A stretch of DNA of 63,934 nt, counting the filler, from Folioceros fuciformis (lineage: Eukaryota): assembly GCA_049999805.1 (NCBI GenBank). It is 15 parts of 15 records of this genome, joined end to end, with 100 filler letters (N's around TTAATTAATTAA, not from the genome) between each part and the next. Parts side by side here need not be neighbours in the genome. Positions count along the whole stretch, not along the records: positions 10,033 to 18,127 come from JBNGIO010005549.1; positions 18,228 to 22,828 come from JBNGIO010005550.1; positions 22,929 to 31,297 come from JBNGIO010005551.1; 12 more parts are not named here. One strand, 5' to 3'. Positions 13,252 through 25,108 of this stretch are shown here, in pieces. Below the pieces are notes generated by a model. The model was not told the DNA's origin, searched no databases, and saw nothing but the letters and a program-made list of their open reading frames with translations. The translations under genes were made by a program, and so were the position numbers. How positions within the stretch are numbered: position 1 is the first letter of the stretch; each line of letters starts with the position of its first letter.

Positions 13252-13326
13252 GCCACCGGTATTGAGAACTGAGGGCTCAAATTGAATTGGCATCCCTCCC
13301 GACGGATTTGGCGCTCCGTAAGGTCC

Positions 13327-16300
13327 TTACTGATATGGGCATTGGGTACAGGATTTTGTGCCCAATTTCAGCTTTTCCATCTTTAATGCTGCGGTGATGG
13401 AAGACTTCGTCTTCACGAATCTCAAACGACCATCAAGAGTGTACTTTCCTGGTCCTTTTACAGCCAGCGAGACTTTCCTTGAGAGGTACCGTATCTCTCT
13501 CTCCCTTGACCCTAGGTCTTGGATGTCCAAAGTAACCTCCAGAAGGACCCCGTTCTCCCAACTCATGGCCACAGTTGCGGCGCCTCTGGCACGAAGACCA
13601 GACACATGACCTGATCGCCAGACGCGAGGTAATGCAGGGAGAAGATGGATGTAGAATCTGTCACTTTGCAGCAACATCTCCGCAATCCCAGCTGTGAACC
13701 TACGCAGGCACGAGCTAATGGTTGATGCTTGGTCCCTCAATTGACATGCAGACTTTTAATGGTTGAGACCAGCTTGGGGCAAAATATAGTCCATCTCACC
13801 CAAAATTTCCATCGATTTGGAATGGAGGATGTGCATTGAAGAGGTTTGCATAAAGGCCCCCACCATCATATAGCTCTCTTGTTTCTGCAGCGTCAATCAA
13901 CTTGTACATTCTTTTGACCATACTGAAAGCACGGTCGGCTTCACGGAGGCGTGCCCATAGTGCTACCTTCCACGCCATTGACCATCCTGGCCCCGCTTGT
14001 CCTGATATCATACTTTCAGTGTGCTGAGTCCAATGCAAAACGCCTGCTGATATTAAGCTCAAAGCTTCCTTAGTATACTCACCTCTCTTGATGACGCTCT
14101 GAACAGCCGCTTTGCACAGCTCAGGACTGCTGTCAAGCGTTATCGAGTGGCCTGGAAAAAGGCCAAACAGGTGCGACATATGCCTGTGATGCTCCTCTGT
14201 GTCGCCATACTCCTCGGGCTGTGGCACGATGACATCACTTCCCGTTTAGATCACGCTGTCCTTCAAGCAGCAATTTCACTTACTGGTACGCCAGCTAATG
14301 ACCATTGCCCACCCATTCCAGAAGCAAACCGTTCTCCCCTATTTTGGGTCTCAATAGCCGCTGTTGTGCATCTCTCACTCGTCCTACGAAGTGGTCATCC
14401 GTGTTTGGGAGTTCCTGTGCAGCACACAGCGAAGTAAGAGTGGCTAAATCGTTCACTCCCAGCAAGGGAATCAACAGTGAACTTTATAACTCCAAAGAAG
14501 CCATACCTGAGCAGCTGAAGTGACAGCGGTAAATACCTCCCAAATGATGGCCATATCCATAGCCGTAGCATAGGTCACACATGCTTTTTCACCTGAAGGG
14601 GCCATGAAGTAATGCTCTGGGGACGTTGATGGGTTGGTGACTAGATGGCCTTTTCCATCCTCCATAAGCCAGTCGAGGAGGAATTCGGAACAGCTCTTTA
14701 GAAGTGGATATGCCCTTCTCTCAAGAAAACTCTGCATATGAAGACAGCCCTGATGAAATTCTTTTCACAATCGCACAACTTCACCAAGAAAATAGATGCT
14801 TACTTTGTCTAAAGAGAAGGCATAATGTTCCCAAACATGCAGCGATAACCAAGCTCCGCCCATGGGCCAAAGTGCCCATACCGGATCACCTCCAACAGGT
14901 GCTGTTTGTGCCCAGATATCTGCATTGTGATGGCAAACCCACCCACTCATCCCATAATTTACCTGCAGTTCACATTGCAGGAAACTCTGTAAAAGTATAA
15001 ACTCCAGTCAAGGTCATGCAACCAGTACATTGCACCACATACCTTGGCAGTAGTGCTGCCAGCTATAGCTAGTGAAGAGACCAGATCCAACAGGGGCTCG
15101 TGGCATTCTGACAGGTTGCAGGTTTCGGCTGGCCAGTAATTCATTTCTAGGTTGATGTTCAAATGTGGTACACACCTATGGCAAGTGAAAATTTGTCATC
15201 AGTCTGTGTGGGAGAGGGCTGAGGCCATCAAGAGAAGAGCTAGATGATCCAGCAGTAAAAACACAGCCCACCGCCAAGAAGGTAACAAATCCTTGTTCCA
15301 CAGTCCCTGCAGATTGGCAACGAAGCTGCCAGGTCTCGAAGACGCAAGCAACAAATATCGGCCAAACTGGAACAGCAAAACCACCAAAGCTGGATCTTCA
15401 TTCTGGTTAAACGCTTGAATTCTCTCTTTCGTGGAAGCTTTTCGAGTTTGCAGCCTTTCTGTTCCAGCAGGAGCTTTGTCCATCGAGGGCATGAGAATGC
15501 TTGACTTGGAGAGGCAAAGACAAACTCTTCGGAAGAGTGGCTGATAGTCTGCCAGGTGGGACGAAAGAATCTCATCAAAAGAAACACCGTGCAAGGCATT
15601 GAGCACCTCCAAGGAAGCTGCAACAGGGTCCCTGCCTGCATCCACAGGATCCTGCAATGGCCCAGCAAAAGAGGAGGCAGCAGCTATCAGCAAAACAGCC
15701 CAGTCTGCCGTTTCTACTCTAAGAGTATAATCGTTGTCCACTCGTATGTGTCCCCCCTCACTGACTCGCACCTCCAGAATTGCTGCAAAAGCCATACCTA
15801 GTTCTCTGGTTTTAGACAAGTCATTCCCACCCTCTCTCGTACAAGGTCCATAAGAGCCCAGATCTGGAACAAGTCCGGCACACCGGCCCTGCAGAACGTA
15901 ACAGTCCACTCCTAGATCTCTTCTTATCTCCCGTAGCTGGCTGTCAAGATTCATCTGGAAGCTTAAGGCACTCTTGCTGCTTGTCGAGATCCTCACTACC
16001 AGAACCTGATGAACTCCAGAACAGAAAACCTCACGTGTGAAGGATGTGGCGTCGACATGGTAGACTGTGGACACTAGTGCCCTGTGTAGGTCCAGGTCTC
16101 TACAGTAGCTGCTAGCGTCGTATCCCCGGTGCTCAAAGGTCAGCCTCAAATCAGCCAGTGGTTGGTATACCTGTTGTCCATCAAGACTGCCATTGGGTGA
16201 ACCAAATGTGAACCACGGCATCCACAGAAACTCAATGGAAGACAATGGTACTAAGAAAGGTGCTTGACCCCGTGGCTAACTGCAGCATTGAAGATCACCT

Positions 16301-16749
16301 GGGCGTACGGTCCCAACATTTGCCGGGACAACGCTGAGGCCTCTGCGTAGCGGCCTCCCGAAACTAGACTCCTTACTTGAGGTAACAGTTCAGCTGCCCT
16401 GGGATTGTTCCAGTCCCTAGGGCCCCCTGACCAAAGACTGTCCTCTACACACTCCGTGGCAAACGTCAGTATATCACGTTCACTTCCATTTTCGCATAGC
16501 AGAAACCTCACATGGAATGAAGAGGAGAATAAAGATACCATTAAGATGAAGAAGCTCGGATTCCACACCACCAAACACCATGGCTCCGAGCTTTCCATTC
16601 CCCACAGGCAAGGCTTCTGTCCAGAACAATGCAGGCTCAAAAAACTGGATTTTCAACTCCTCCTGGAGCGCACTGAAAAATTCTCCAGAGCCTTCTACAT
16701 CGTCCGCAAGGACCCACTCGTCGTCGATCAAGACGAAGTCGGCGTCCAT
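13327..16749 (-). CDS. FUC95A: Glycoside hydrolase family 95 alpha-L-fucosidase (alpha-L-fucosidase 2-like), multi-exon
   Basis: Exons encode WTEALPVGNGKLGAMVFGG, LFQFGRYLLLASSRPG...ANLQGLWN, NINLEMNYWPAE, NPSTSPEH, HHRHMSHLFGLFPG, NLFNAHPPFQIDGNFG and LLPALP...GLRARG. Introns are short GT-AG; ATG at 16749, stop at 13327. Confidence 0.93.
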
Positions 16750-17147
16750 TTCAACAACAACTGGCTAGAAAAAGCGCGGACGACAAGTGGACCGAGGCGC
16801 AACAAGATTTCCGTACGGGAAGGCGCTTGGAAAAGAAACGTGTCGTATTCTGCAAACGAAAAATAGTTGCCCCCACTTCTTACACTACAGAAGGCAGGCG
16901 TCCTGGACAACATACCTCTCATTGCGTCAGCTTGGAGAGTCTGAAGGCGTTTAGATATGCAAGGTTCATGCCCAAATTCAGCGAGTCCCTACGATCGTTT
17001 ATGATTGCAATCCCTTCAGTAATGGTGGACATCTAACACAATACAACAGAGGCGGGTTCGTTCACGACGTGTATTTCATCACACGCCCTGGCAAAGAATC
17101 AAACGATGCACCTAATTCTAAATCTAAGTCAAGAGTTTCAACAAAGC

Positions 17148-18127
17148 TTAATGTTTTTTTCTCTTGAATTTGTGATTCTTCTGCACAGCATTCTCATCGA
17201 CTTCCCCCCTCCCTCGCTCTCTTTTTGACATTAAGGCTTGCAACCGCGAGGTGTGGTTTGTGCTTCTGCTGTCCATTTTGTGTAATCCTGGGGCACAAAG
17301 AAGCAAGGCTAAGGAGCTGACCTCCAAACTGAAAGCGATAAGGGACGGAGGATACATGAAAGTAGCCACTAACCTGCTGGCTGTCGCACGATTAGAAGCC
17401 AGTTCTTGAGGCTTGGACCGGCAGGCCAGCCACAGGACACATCCTGTATTTTCGGACTGCAGAGAACCGGTGATATCTATGAACTGCTCAGCTTCCTGCA
17501 CACTGCAGACACGGTCCCAGATTAGAAAAGCTAGAAAAAAGAGAAGAGAGCTATCATGGTTCCTACTCGTCATGCACAGATGAAGGGCGACAGAGAAACC
17601 CACCTCTTCACCGTGAAGGTGATAATACTTCCAAGTTTGATGACATGCATTCTGTCAGCCTTGCTACACCAGGCTCTTTGAGATTGTAGCTCAGAATCAC
17701 CTTCCTGCATGCAGCATTCGATCATATTGTCAGAGCCGAGGGAAATCGAAAACGACAGTTTGCATCACAAAAGACGCATATGCAGTACCGGGCCTTGGTA
17801 CTGGAGGTCATCTCTGATGTCAGCTACCGCAATTGACGCATTGAAGATGTTCAAAACCAAAACACCTAGATGGTCCTTTCCCAGCTTGTTTACCTTCCCA
17901 TCTGCACCATACAAAGGCCATCTCATTACTAGGCGCACAGTTGATGATCACAGCAACAGAATTGAAGCAAAACTGGACTAACGAGGAAAGGCACGACCTA
18001 AAGCCCCATTCACCTCACCTAGCTTCATTTCAGGTTTGGGACAAAACAAAAGCAACTTGGCTACAATCTTGACATGGAAGTAAGGGTAAAGCCCGTCGAG
18101 AATTTTGCCAGTACGCCCTACCAGCTT
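17148..18127 (-). CDS. RPA43: RNA polymerase I subunit RPA43/NRPA7-like, multi-exon, 5' truncated
   Basis: Manually spliced exons: GKILDGLYPYFHVKIVAKLLLFCPKP / DGKVNKLGKDHLGVLVLNIFNASIAVADIRDD / HVIKLGSIITFTV / IDITGSLQSENTGCVLWL / basic tail ...HKFKRKKH*. These match the plant RPA43 OB-fold pattern. Confidence 0.8.
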
Positions 18128-18288
18128 NNNNNNNNNNNNNNNNNNNNNNNNNNNNNNNNNNNNNNNNNNNNTTAATTAATTAANNNNNNNNNNNNNNNNN
18201 NNNNNNNNNNNNNNNNNNNNNNNNNNNCCGGGGATCTGCCTAGACGAGACTTTTGTGAGAGTCATCTTCCGACAGCGGTCCCTGAAAG

Positions 18289-20875
18289 ATGGCCACAGTA
18301 TGGCAACCGGACCTGTTGTGGACCCAACAAGTTGGAATTGGTGTGTGTTCAAGGACTCTCCCAGGAACCCCCAGTCACCCCAGCTTCGGGAGTGAACCCT
18401 TTGCAAACAAAGCCTGCAGGCGCAGCAGTGTCAGGAACCCAGCACGTCGATCTCCGAGAGGCAGAGCGTGTTTGGGCAGGGACGGGTTTTCCGACGATGC
18501 TGGTAGTTGCCAGGAGCAGCAGGAGCACTTGTGGCAACAACTTTTTCTGGACCCTACCATGTGGTGGGATATCAGACGAGACAAGAAGAGCTCCCGTTCC
18601 CCTGACTTCCGGCGTAAGGGGTCCGGCGAGGTGCTGTGGTGAAACAGCAATCACAAGCCAGCTTGGGTTGATGAGCAGCTCGTTTGCTTCGATCTTTGGA
18701 TGCGTTATGGTGTCTGTCCTGAAGGTGGCAGGGGTCCAGGATCGGAAATGGGCGTGGTTACGGCTGCAACTCTGAGGGCTTATTGCCAGCAGGGGAAGCT
18801 TTCTGAGGCCGTTGGAGCCCTGGAAACTCTTGAGCAGACAGGCTTCGCCATCTCTCAGTCTCTCTTCTGCACTGTGCTAAAACTCTGTACGGCTAACAAG
18901 TATGTCGCTGTGGGTCGACGGATTCATAACCTTACTGTCAAACTCGGGTGTCAGTCGGATGCGTACTTGGGGAACCATATCTTGCGCATGTATGCAGGTG
19001 GAGGTAGGCTGTAGGAGGCCATGGATGTGTTTACCAGGGTGGGCAAACCAGATGTTATCACGTGGAGTTCCATCATCTTTGCGTATGCGAAACAAGGGAC
19101 ACCTCATAAGGCCATACAACTATACCATGAGATGCGTAGGTCAGGAGTGAAGGCCAATGGTAACGTCTTTGTAGCTGCCCTACAAGCTTGTGCTCTTCCC
19201 TCCGACTTGGAATCCGGCAGAAAAAGTGCACTGTGATGTGTTGCGCAGTGGCATTCCTCCGGACTTGTTTGTTGACAACTCCCCTGGTGGACATGTATGC
19301 AAAATGTGGCCAACTGACAGGTGCTCGCCAGGTTTTTGACAGCGTTGCCACAAAGGATGTGATGACGTGGAATGCGCTGGTATCTGGGTATGCTCTGCAA
19401 GGACTTGGCCAGGGGGCGCTCCTTCTGTATGCACAAATGGAGCAACAGGGCCTCATTTTGCCTGACCATGTTACTTTTGCTTGCCTACTGAAGGCCTGCG
19501 AGCACTGGTGCCTTACAGAAGAGCAGGCAGCGGCACTCACAGATTGTCAAAAGAGGACTTTTGAATGACGTACTAGTGGGCACCTCCCTAGTGGACACCT
19601 CCCTGGTTGACATGTACGCAAAATGTGGTGAACTGGAAGACGCACGCCAGGTCTTTGACACCATGAACACAAAAGATGTAGTGGCATGGACGGCCCTGAT
19701 ATCTGGGTACGCACAGCTAGGACTCGGCTTCTTCTCTATGGACAAATGGAGCAAGAAGGCCTCATTTTGGCTTACCATTTTACGTTTGGTTGCCTCCTGA
19801 ATGCACGTGGAAGCAGTTGTGTCTTACAGAAGGGCAGGCAGCTACACTCTTAGATTGTGGAAAGAAGACTGCTGAATAACGTCGTGTTGGGCACCTGCCT
19901 GGTCGACACGTATGCAAAATGTGGTGAAATGAAAAATGCACACCGGGCCTTTGATAGCATGAACACCAAGGACGTGGTGACGTGGGATGCCCTTATAGCT
20001 GGCTATGGTAATTGTGATCAAAGGCACAAGGGACTAGCGTGTTGTGATGAGATGTATAAGTGCCGGTGTTCAGCTTGATGGTGCTACTTTTACTTGCACT
20101 TGCATTCTAGTAGCATGTAGTCACGAGGGTCTGGTTGACGAGGTACTCGCATTCAATGGCTGAACAGCATGGGATCACACCTACCCGTGAGCATGACATT
20201 TGTATGATTGATCTTCTTTGCCGTGCGGGCCATGTGGACGAGGCAGAGAAGATGCTATTGTTCCGTGAGGGACAGAGTAGTGTTGTGGGCTTGACGTCTC
20301 TGTTGAGTGCCTGCAAAAGGCACGGCGACGTACAGAGGGCCATGCCGTGTTTTGAAAGGATTGTTGGATTGGAACCTCAGAGTGCATCCCCATATGTTCT
20401 CATGGCAAATGCTCATGCAGATGCAGGCAGGTGGAGCGATGTAGACAGGATTGAAATGCAGAGAACAGAGGCAGGAGCTAACAAGAAACCTGCAGAGGCG
20501 ACCGTTGAGGTGAATCAAGAAGGTACATAGATTTTCGGTGGGAGAAAGGAGAGGATATTGCGATACAGGTGCAGAGCACGAATGCGCGCAGGAAGGAGGC
20601 CATGGTCCTCACTCAAAGTTGGTGTTGAAGTCACTGCGTGGGAAGGAGAAGGAAGATGCGCTTTGTGGGTATGCTGAGAAGCTAGCCCTGGCTTTTGGTC
20701 TCTTGAACACTCCTAGTGGGACACCTCTAGTGGTAACCAAGAANNNNNNNNNNAGCGGCCGCCACAGCTCCATGGAGATTATGTCAAGGCTTGAACAAAA
20801 GGATATTGTGGTAAGCGATGGGTACCGTGTGCATGGATTCGCAGGTGGTTCTTGCAGTTGTAGAGGTGGACCGTG
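18289..20875 (+). pseudogene. PLS-class PPR-E-DYW:KP (GRP-type) pseudogene with an N-terminal OSB-like PDF motif
   Basis: The same frame runs from ATG 18289 through LWQQLFLDPTMWWDIRRDKKSSRSPDFRRKGSGEVLW*...PAWVDEQL into PPR repeats ([24 protein letters not shown]). The C-terminus reads KKPAEATVEV...CGYAEKLALAFGLLNTP...CSCRGGP. Several stops and frameshifts; 10-N gap at 20744-20753. Confidence 0.9.
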
Positions 20876-20959
20876 GAGTACCCCGAGCTCAAGTGTGTAC
20901 TTCTACGCCAAGGAATATTGCAATTGCACTTTAGGTTGAATGTGCCTGCTCATCTCTCC

Positions 20960-21530
20960 GTCCCTGTCCCTGCGCACTCGGGAGTCCCAGCGTCCCGGGG
21001 TGTCCCGGCGCACTCGGGAGCCCCAGCCGTCCCGAGTGTGTCCCGGAGCCCTCGGGAGTCGCAGCGTCCCGGTTTGTCCCGGCGCACTCGGGAGTCCCGC
21101 TGTCCTTAGTGTGTCCCGGCGCACTCAGGAGTCCCGCTGTCCCGAGTGTGGCCCGGCGCACTCGGGAGTCCCGGCGTCCCGAGTGTGTCCCGGCACACTC
21201 GCGAGTCCCGCTGTCCCTAATGTGTCCCGGCACACCCGGGAGTCCCGCTGCTCCGATTGTGTCCCGGCGTCCCGAGTGTGTCCCGGCGCACTCGGGGGTC
21301 TCAGCGTCCCGCAGTGTCTTGCGCACTTTGGAGTCTCTGCGTCCTGGTGTGCCGGTGCTCTACGGAGTCCCGCCGTACTCATATGTCCCGGCGCACCCGG
21401 GAGTCCCAGTGTCCTAGTGTGTCCTGGTGCAATCGGGAGTCTCGACGTCCCGGTCTGTCCTGGCACACTTGGGAGTGTCAGCCTCCCGGTGTGTCCTGGC
21501 GCACTTGGGAGTCTTAGCGTTCCGGTGCAT
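20960..21530. repeat. GC-rich ~37-bp tandem minisatellite (~15 degenerate copies), each unit with an internal 9-bp inverted repeat
   Basis: Consensus tgtcccggcg-cactcggga-gtcccgctg-tcccgagtg; units start at 21075, 21112 and 21149 (period 37). Confidence 0.9.
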
Positions 21531-21534
21531 CTGG

Positions 21535-22828
21535 GTATGCGAAATGCGGTGAAATGAAAGATGCACACCAGGTTTTTGACAGAATGAACACAAAGAATGT
21601 GGTGATATGGAATGCCCTCATATCTGGATATGCCGAGCAAGGGCTAGGACATCATGCTCTTGCTCTGTATGGGCAGATGGAGAAGGATGGGCTGATTTCG
21701 GGTAACCATGTTACAATCGCTAGCCTTCTGAAGGCGTGTGCAGCGGCGGGTGCCTTACAGAGGGGCAGGCAGTTGCACTCGCTGGTCGTTGAAAGAGGGC
21801 TGATGGAGGGAGCAGTGCTGGGCACGTGCCTGGTGGACATGTATGCAAAATGTGGTGAACTGGATGATGCACGACATGTTTTTGACAGCTTGGCCACAGG
21901 ATGTGGTGACATGGAATGCCCTAATTTCTGGGTATGCTGACCAAGGGCTCGGACATGAGGCGTTTGCTGTCTATGCACTAACGGAGCAGGAGGGCATCAG
22001 TTCGGCTGATCATGTCACGTTTACTTGCCTGCTGAAGAGCTGTACAAGCAGTGGGGACTTGCACAAGGGCGGGGCCCTGCACTCACTGATTGTTGAAAGG
22101 GGACTGTCGGATAATGTAGTGGTGGGCAACTGTCTGGTGGGCATGTGTGCAAGATGTGGTGAAGTGAGAGATGCACGCAAGGTTTTTGACAGCTTGACCA
22201 CAAAGGATGTGGTGACATGTAATGCCTTAATTGCAGGGTATGCACGGCAAGGTCTTGGCCCAGAGGCACTTGGTGTGTATGAACACATGGAACAAGAGGG
22301 CCTCACTTTCGCTGATGATGTGACTTTTTCGTGGCTTCTGAAGGCCTGTGGAAGCACCGGTGCGTTACAGAAGGGCAGGCAGCTGCACTCACTGATTGTC
22401 GAAAGAGGCCTGCTGGATAACGTAGTGCTGGGCAACTGCCTGGTGGACATGTATACAAAATGCGGTGAAGTGGAACATGCACGCCGTGTTTTTGACAGAA
22501 TGGCCGCAAAGGATGTGGTGACATGGACGGCGCTGATTGCTGGGTATGCACAGCAAGGTCTAGGAATTGAGGGGTTTGTTTTGTATGGACAAATGGGGCA
22601 GGAGGGCCCCGTCATAGCCAATCATGTTACTTTTGCTTGCCTTCTCAATGCCTGTGCGAGCACTGGCGCCTTAGAGCTGGGCAGGCAGCTGCACTCGGAG
22701 ATGATGAAAGTGGTGTACTGGAAAATGTGGTGTTGGGCAACTGCCTGGTGGACATGTATGCAAAATGCGGCGAATTGGAAGACGCACAGCAGGTGTTTGA
22801 CAGCTTGGCCATGAAGGATGTGGTGACA
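21535..22828 (+). pseudogene. Second PLS-class PPR array, frameshifted (~21900, ~22705), 5' end lost and 3' end truncated by the contig end
   Basis: Repeated DVVTW(N/T)ALI(S/A)GYAxQG / HVTFxCLLKAC / [15 protein letters not shown] triplets, closely similar to the other PPR loci. Confidence 0.9.
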
Positions 22829-22928
22829 NNNNNNNNNNNNNNNNNNNNNNNNNNNNNNNNNNNNNNNNNNNNTTAATTAATTAANNNNNNNNNNNNNNNN
22901 NNNNNNNNNNNNNNNNNNNNNNNNNNNN

Positions 22929-23595
22929 GTTGATGTTGTCTCGCCACACTTTCCTACCTAGTATCCGCCAAACCTAATGGCCAAGAAGGGTGATGCCTAG
23001 CCTTCTATATGATTGCTTTGACAAAACAATGAGTAATTGTGCAGGCAGTTGACTATCCCACTACGAAGCTTTCACCTATGGCCAGTCTCCTTAAGGCAAT
23101 GGCAACTTGTTTCTGCACAAAGATAATCGTCCCGGAGATGCTCGCAAATCCTGGAACTAGAGTCAGGTCAAGAAAGTCATGAACTAGATTGCAGATGTAC
23201 GTAAAGGTTGCCCATGGGAATCGATAGAAACGGGCAAACCTTTTTGGATCCTCTTGTGCCACTTGAAGGTATAAAGTCCACGTGTCCTGTACGCAGGGTT
23301 TCACATAGTATGTTGATAATTGAATGCAAGTTAGAAATCCCCTTGGTAATTGTCTTGTGTGGGCTGCAATTGCAAGAGCAGCCTCCAATTGTTGACATGA
23401 CAGAAGAGTGTTATCAAGAGCATCATCTAGAAGTCTTTGGCCATCCATGCTCATAGACCTTAAAGATAGCCTGCAATCGGTGATGGTTGCATCACTACTC
23501 CCCTCAAAGTAATTCAGTAAATGAAACAAGTCTCCAACTACACTTAGTGTAGCAAGGGCTACGCTGTAGACGGCTATTTGCTCCACATTGGCCAT
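22929..23595 (-). mobile_element. PIF/Harbinger-type transposase (HARBI1/ALP1-like) N-terminal relic
   Basis: RFARFYRFPWATFTYICNLV...VQKQVAIALRRLAIGES...*STAC matches the Harbinger transposase HTH region preceding the DDE_Tnp_4 core; degenerate. Confidence 0.72.
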
Positions 23596-25108
23596 AGATT
23601 GTCAATCCTTAAGCTTCAACCTAAAACTTAGCTTGTTGAGCATGAAACTTGCCGAGCTTTGTCAGAGTGCATAGCGACACTTGAGTTCGATCGCGAACAG
23701 CCCAAGGCCAGCCCGTTGTACTGAACCGGTGATGACCCATTTCAAGCACTTGGCAATTGTCGGTCATGAGTTCCGGTATGGGATCGTTCACATGTAACAT
23801 GGAAAAAAATCCCCGGAGAAAACGCTCATGGTCCGGGCTACATGGGAACCTAGCATTAGTGCCCTTGCCCAGCCCCTTATGTCTATCGCACTTTAATCCA
23901 CATTTAAATCTTTCGTTAAACCCCTAAGTTCCTGCTTTGGGTGTCCGGTTTGGTGCAATTTGATTGGATGCCCCAATCGAACACAATGAATTCGAGCATC
24001 AAGAAGAATATCCTGGTAGATACCTCACGAGAAATCCTGAGAAATGAAAGTGATATGTTGAGAAAGACCAGTTTCGCCGTGGCATAGCTGCTGCCTATGG
24101 CATGCCAAAGCGGACACTCTCTCACTGCAACTATTTTAATGGTTTTTTTTAAAATATCTTGAAAAATATATTTTTTTCATACCCAGGTTTTTCATTTCCC
24201 TTCTGTCAAAGGGTACCGAACCGGTCCTGCACCGAAGGGACATGGCTCAACGATTTGAACCAGGTTACAGCCCGTTTTCGGCTGGATGCCGGGCGGCCTG
24301 AGGACAGAAAGCCCAGACACCGCCTGTAACCATGGGAGGGCGCGCGCCCGTGCTTGGGCAAGGCTTGCACTTTGCCCGTGCTTGGGCAAGGTTTGCTTGC
24401 AAAGTGCAAGCATGTCCTGTTTGGTTTTGGCTTTGGCTTTAAAACTCGTGTACGCTCCAAAGGGGACGCGTAAACCCTGTGTTTGTAAAAAAAAGTTAGA
24501 GAGAGGGGACGCGTCCCCTTGGGGATGCCATAGCTGCCACCTTGTTATGTGGAAGCTCATGTCTGCTGTGACCGTCAAAGCCAACGAGGATTACAAATGC
24601 AGCTGGACTGAACATGTTAGTCAATCCGGAGCGTTGCTTGCTAGCATTGACAAGTTCTGCGAGATTGTGTCATGACTGACCAACATTGCATTCCCACGCA
24701 TTCCGAAAGGCCTGTCCAGGCACTCACTGTGGATGTTGCATGCGTAGCCTCTTCACAGCTCGTGGTTTGCAGTCGCGGCTTGCAGCTCTATGACAGGAGA
24801 CCAGGTTAGGTAGACGCTTGGAATGTCTTTTTAGATGCTCTGGCTCTTGTGTGTTCCTTTGGTGCTTTCATGACTTCCTTGCTGCTCAGTGCTGCGTGAC
24901 GGTTCTCTGACCGACTCGTTCCCACGTATCTCAGTTTCGATCGGCCTCATGATCGTGCGAAATGGGTGTGAGCCGACGGAATGTGAAAACTGCAGCCATG
25001 AATGATGGGTTTGATGTTCCTGGAAGTTGGCATCGCTGAGTAGGTCAAGAATGCTGTAGTGGGAGTGAAGGAATTCCAGGCATCCAGGTCGCCGGGGCCG
25101 GGTTCAGG

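Noticed and set aside
20960-21530. CRISPR array (37-bp palindromic repeats)
   Set aside because: Units are head-to-tail with no unique 25-45 bp spacers, there are no cas genes and the context is a eukaryotic nuclear genome.
20940-21640. 205-aa and 171-aa repeat-protein ORFs over the minisatellite
   Set aside because: The 37-bp unit is not a multiple of three and ORFs occur in several frames on both strands, consistent with stop-poor GC-rich repeat DNA.
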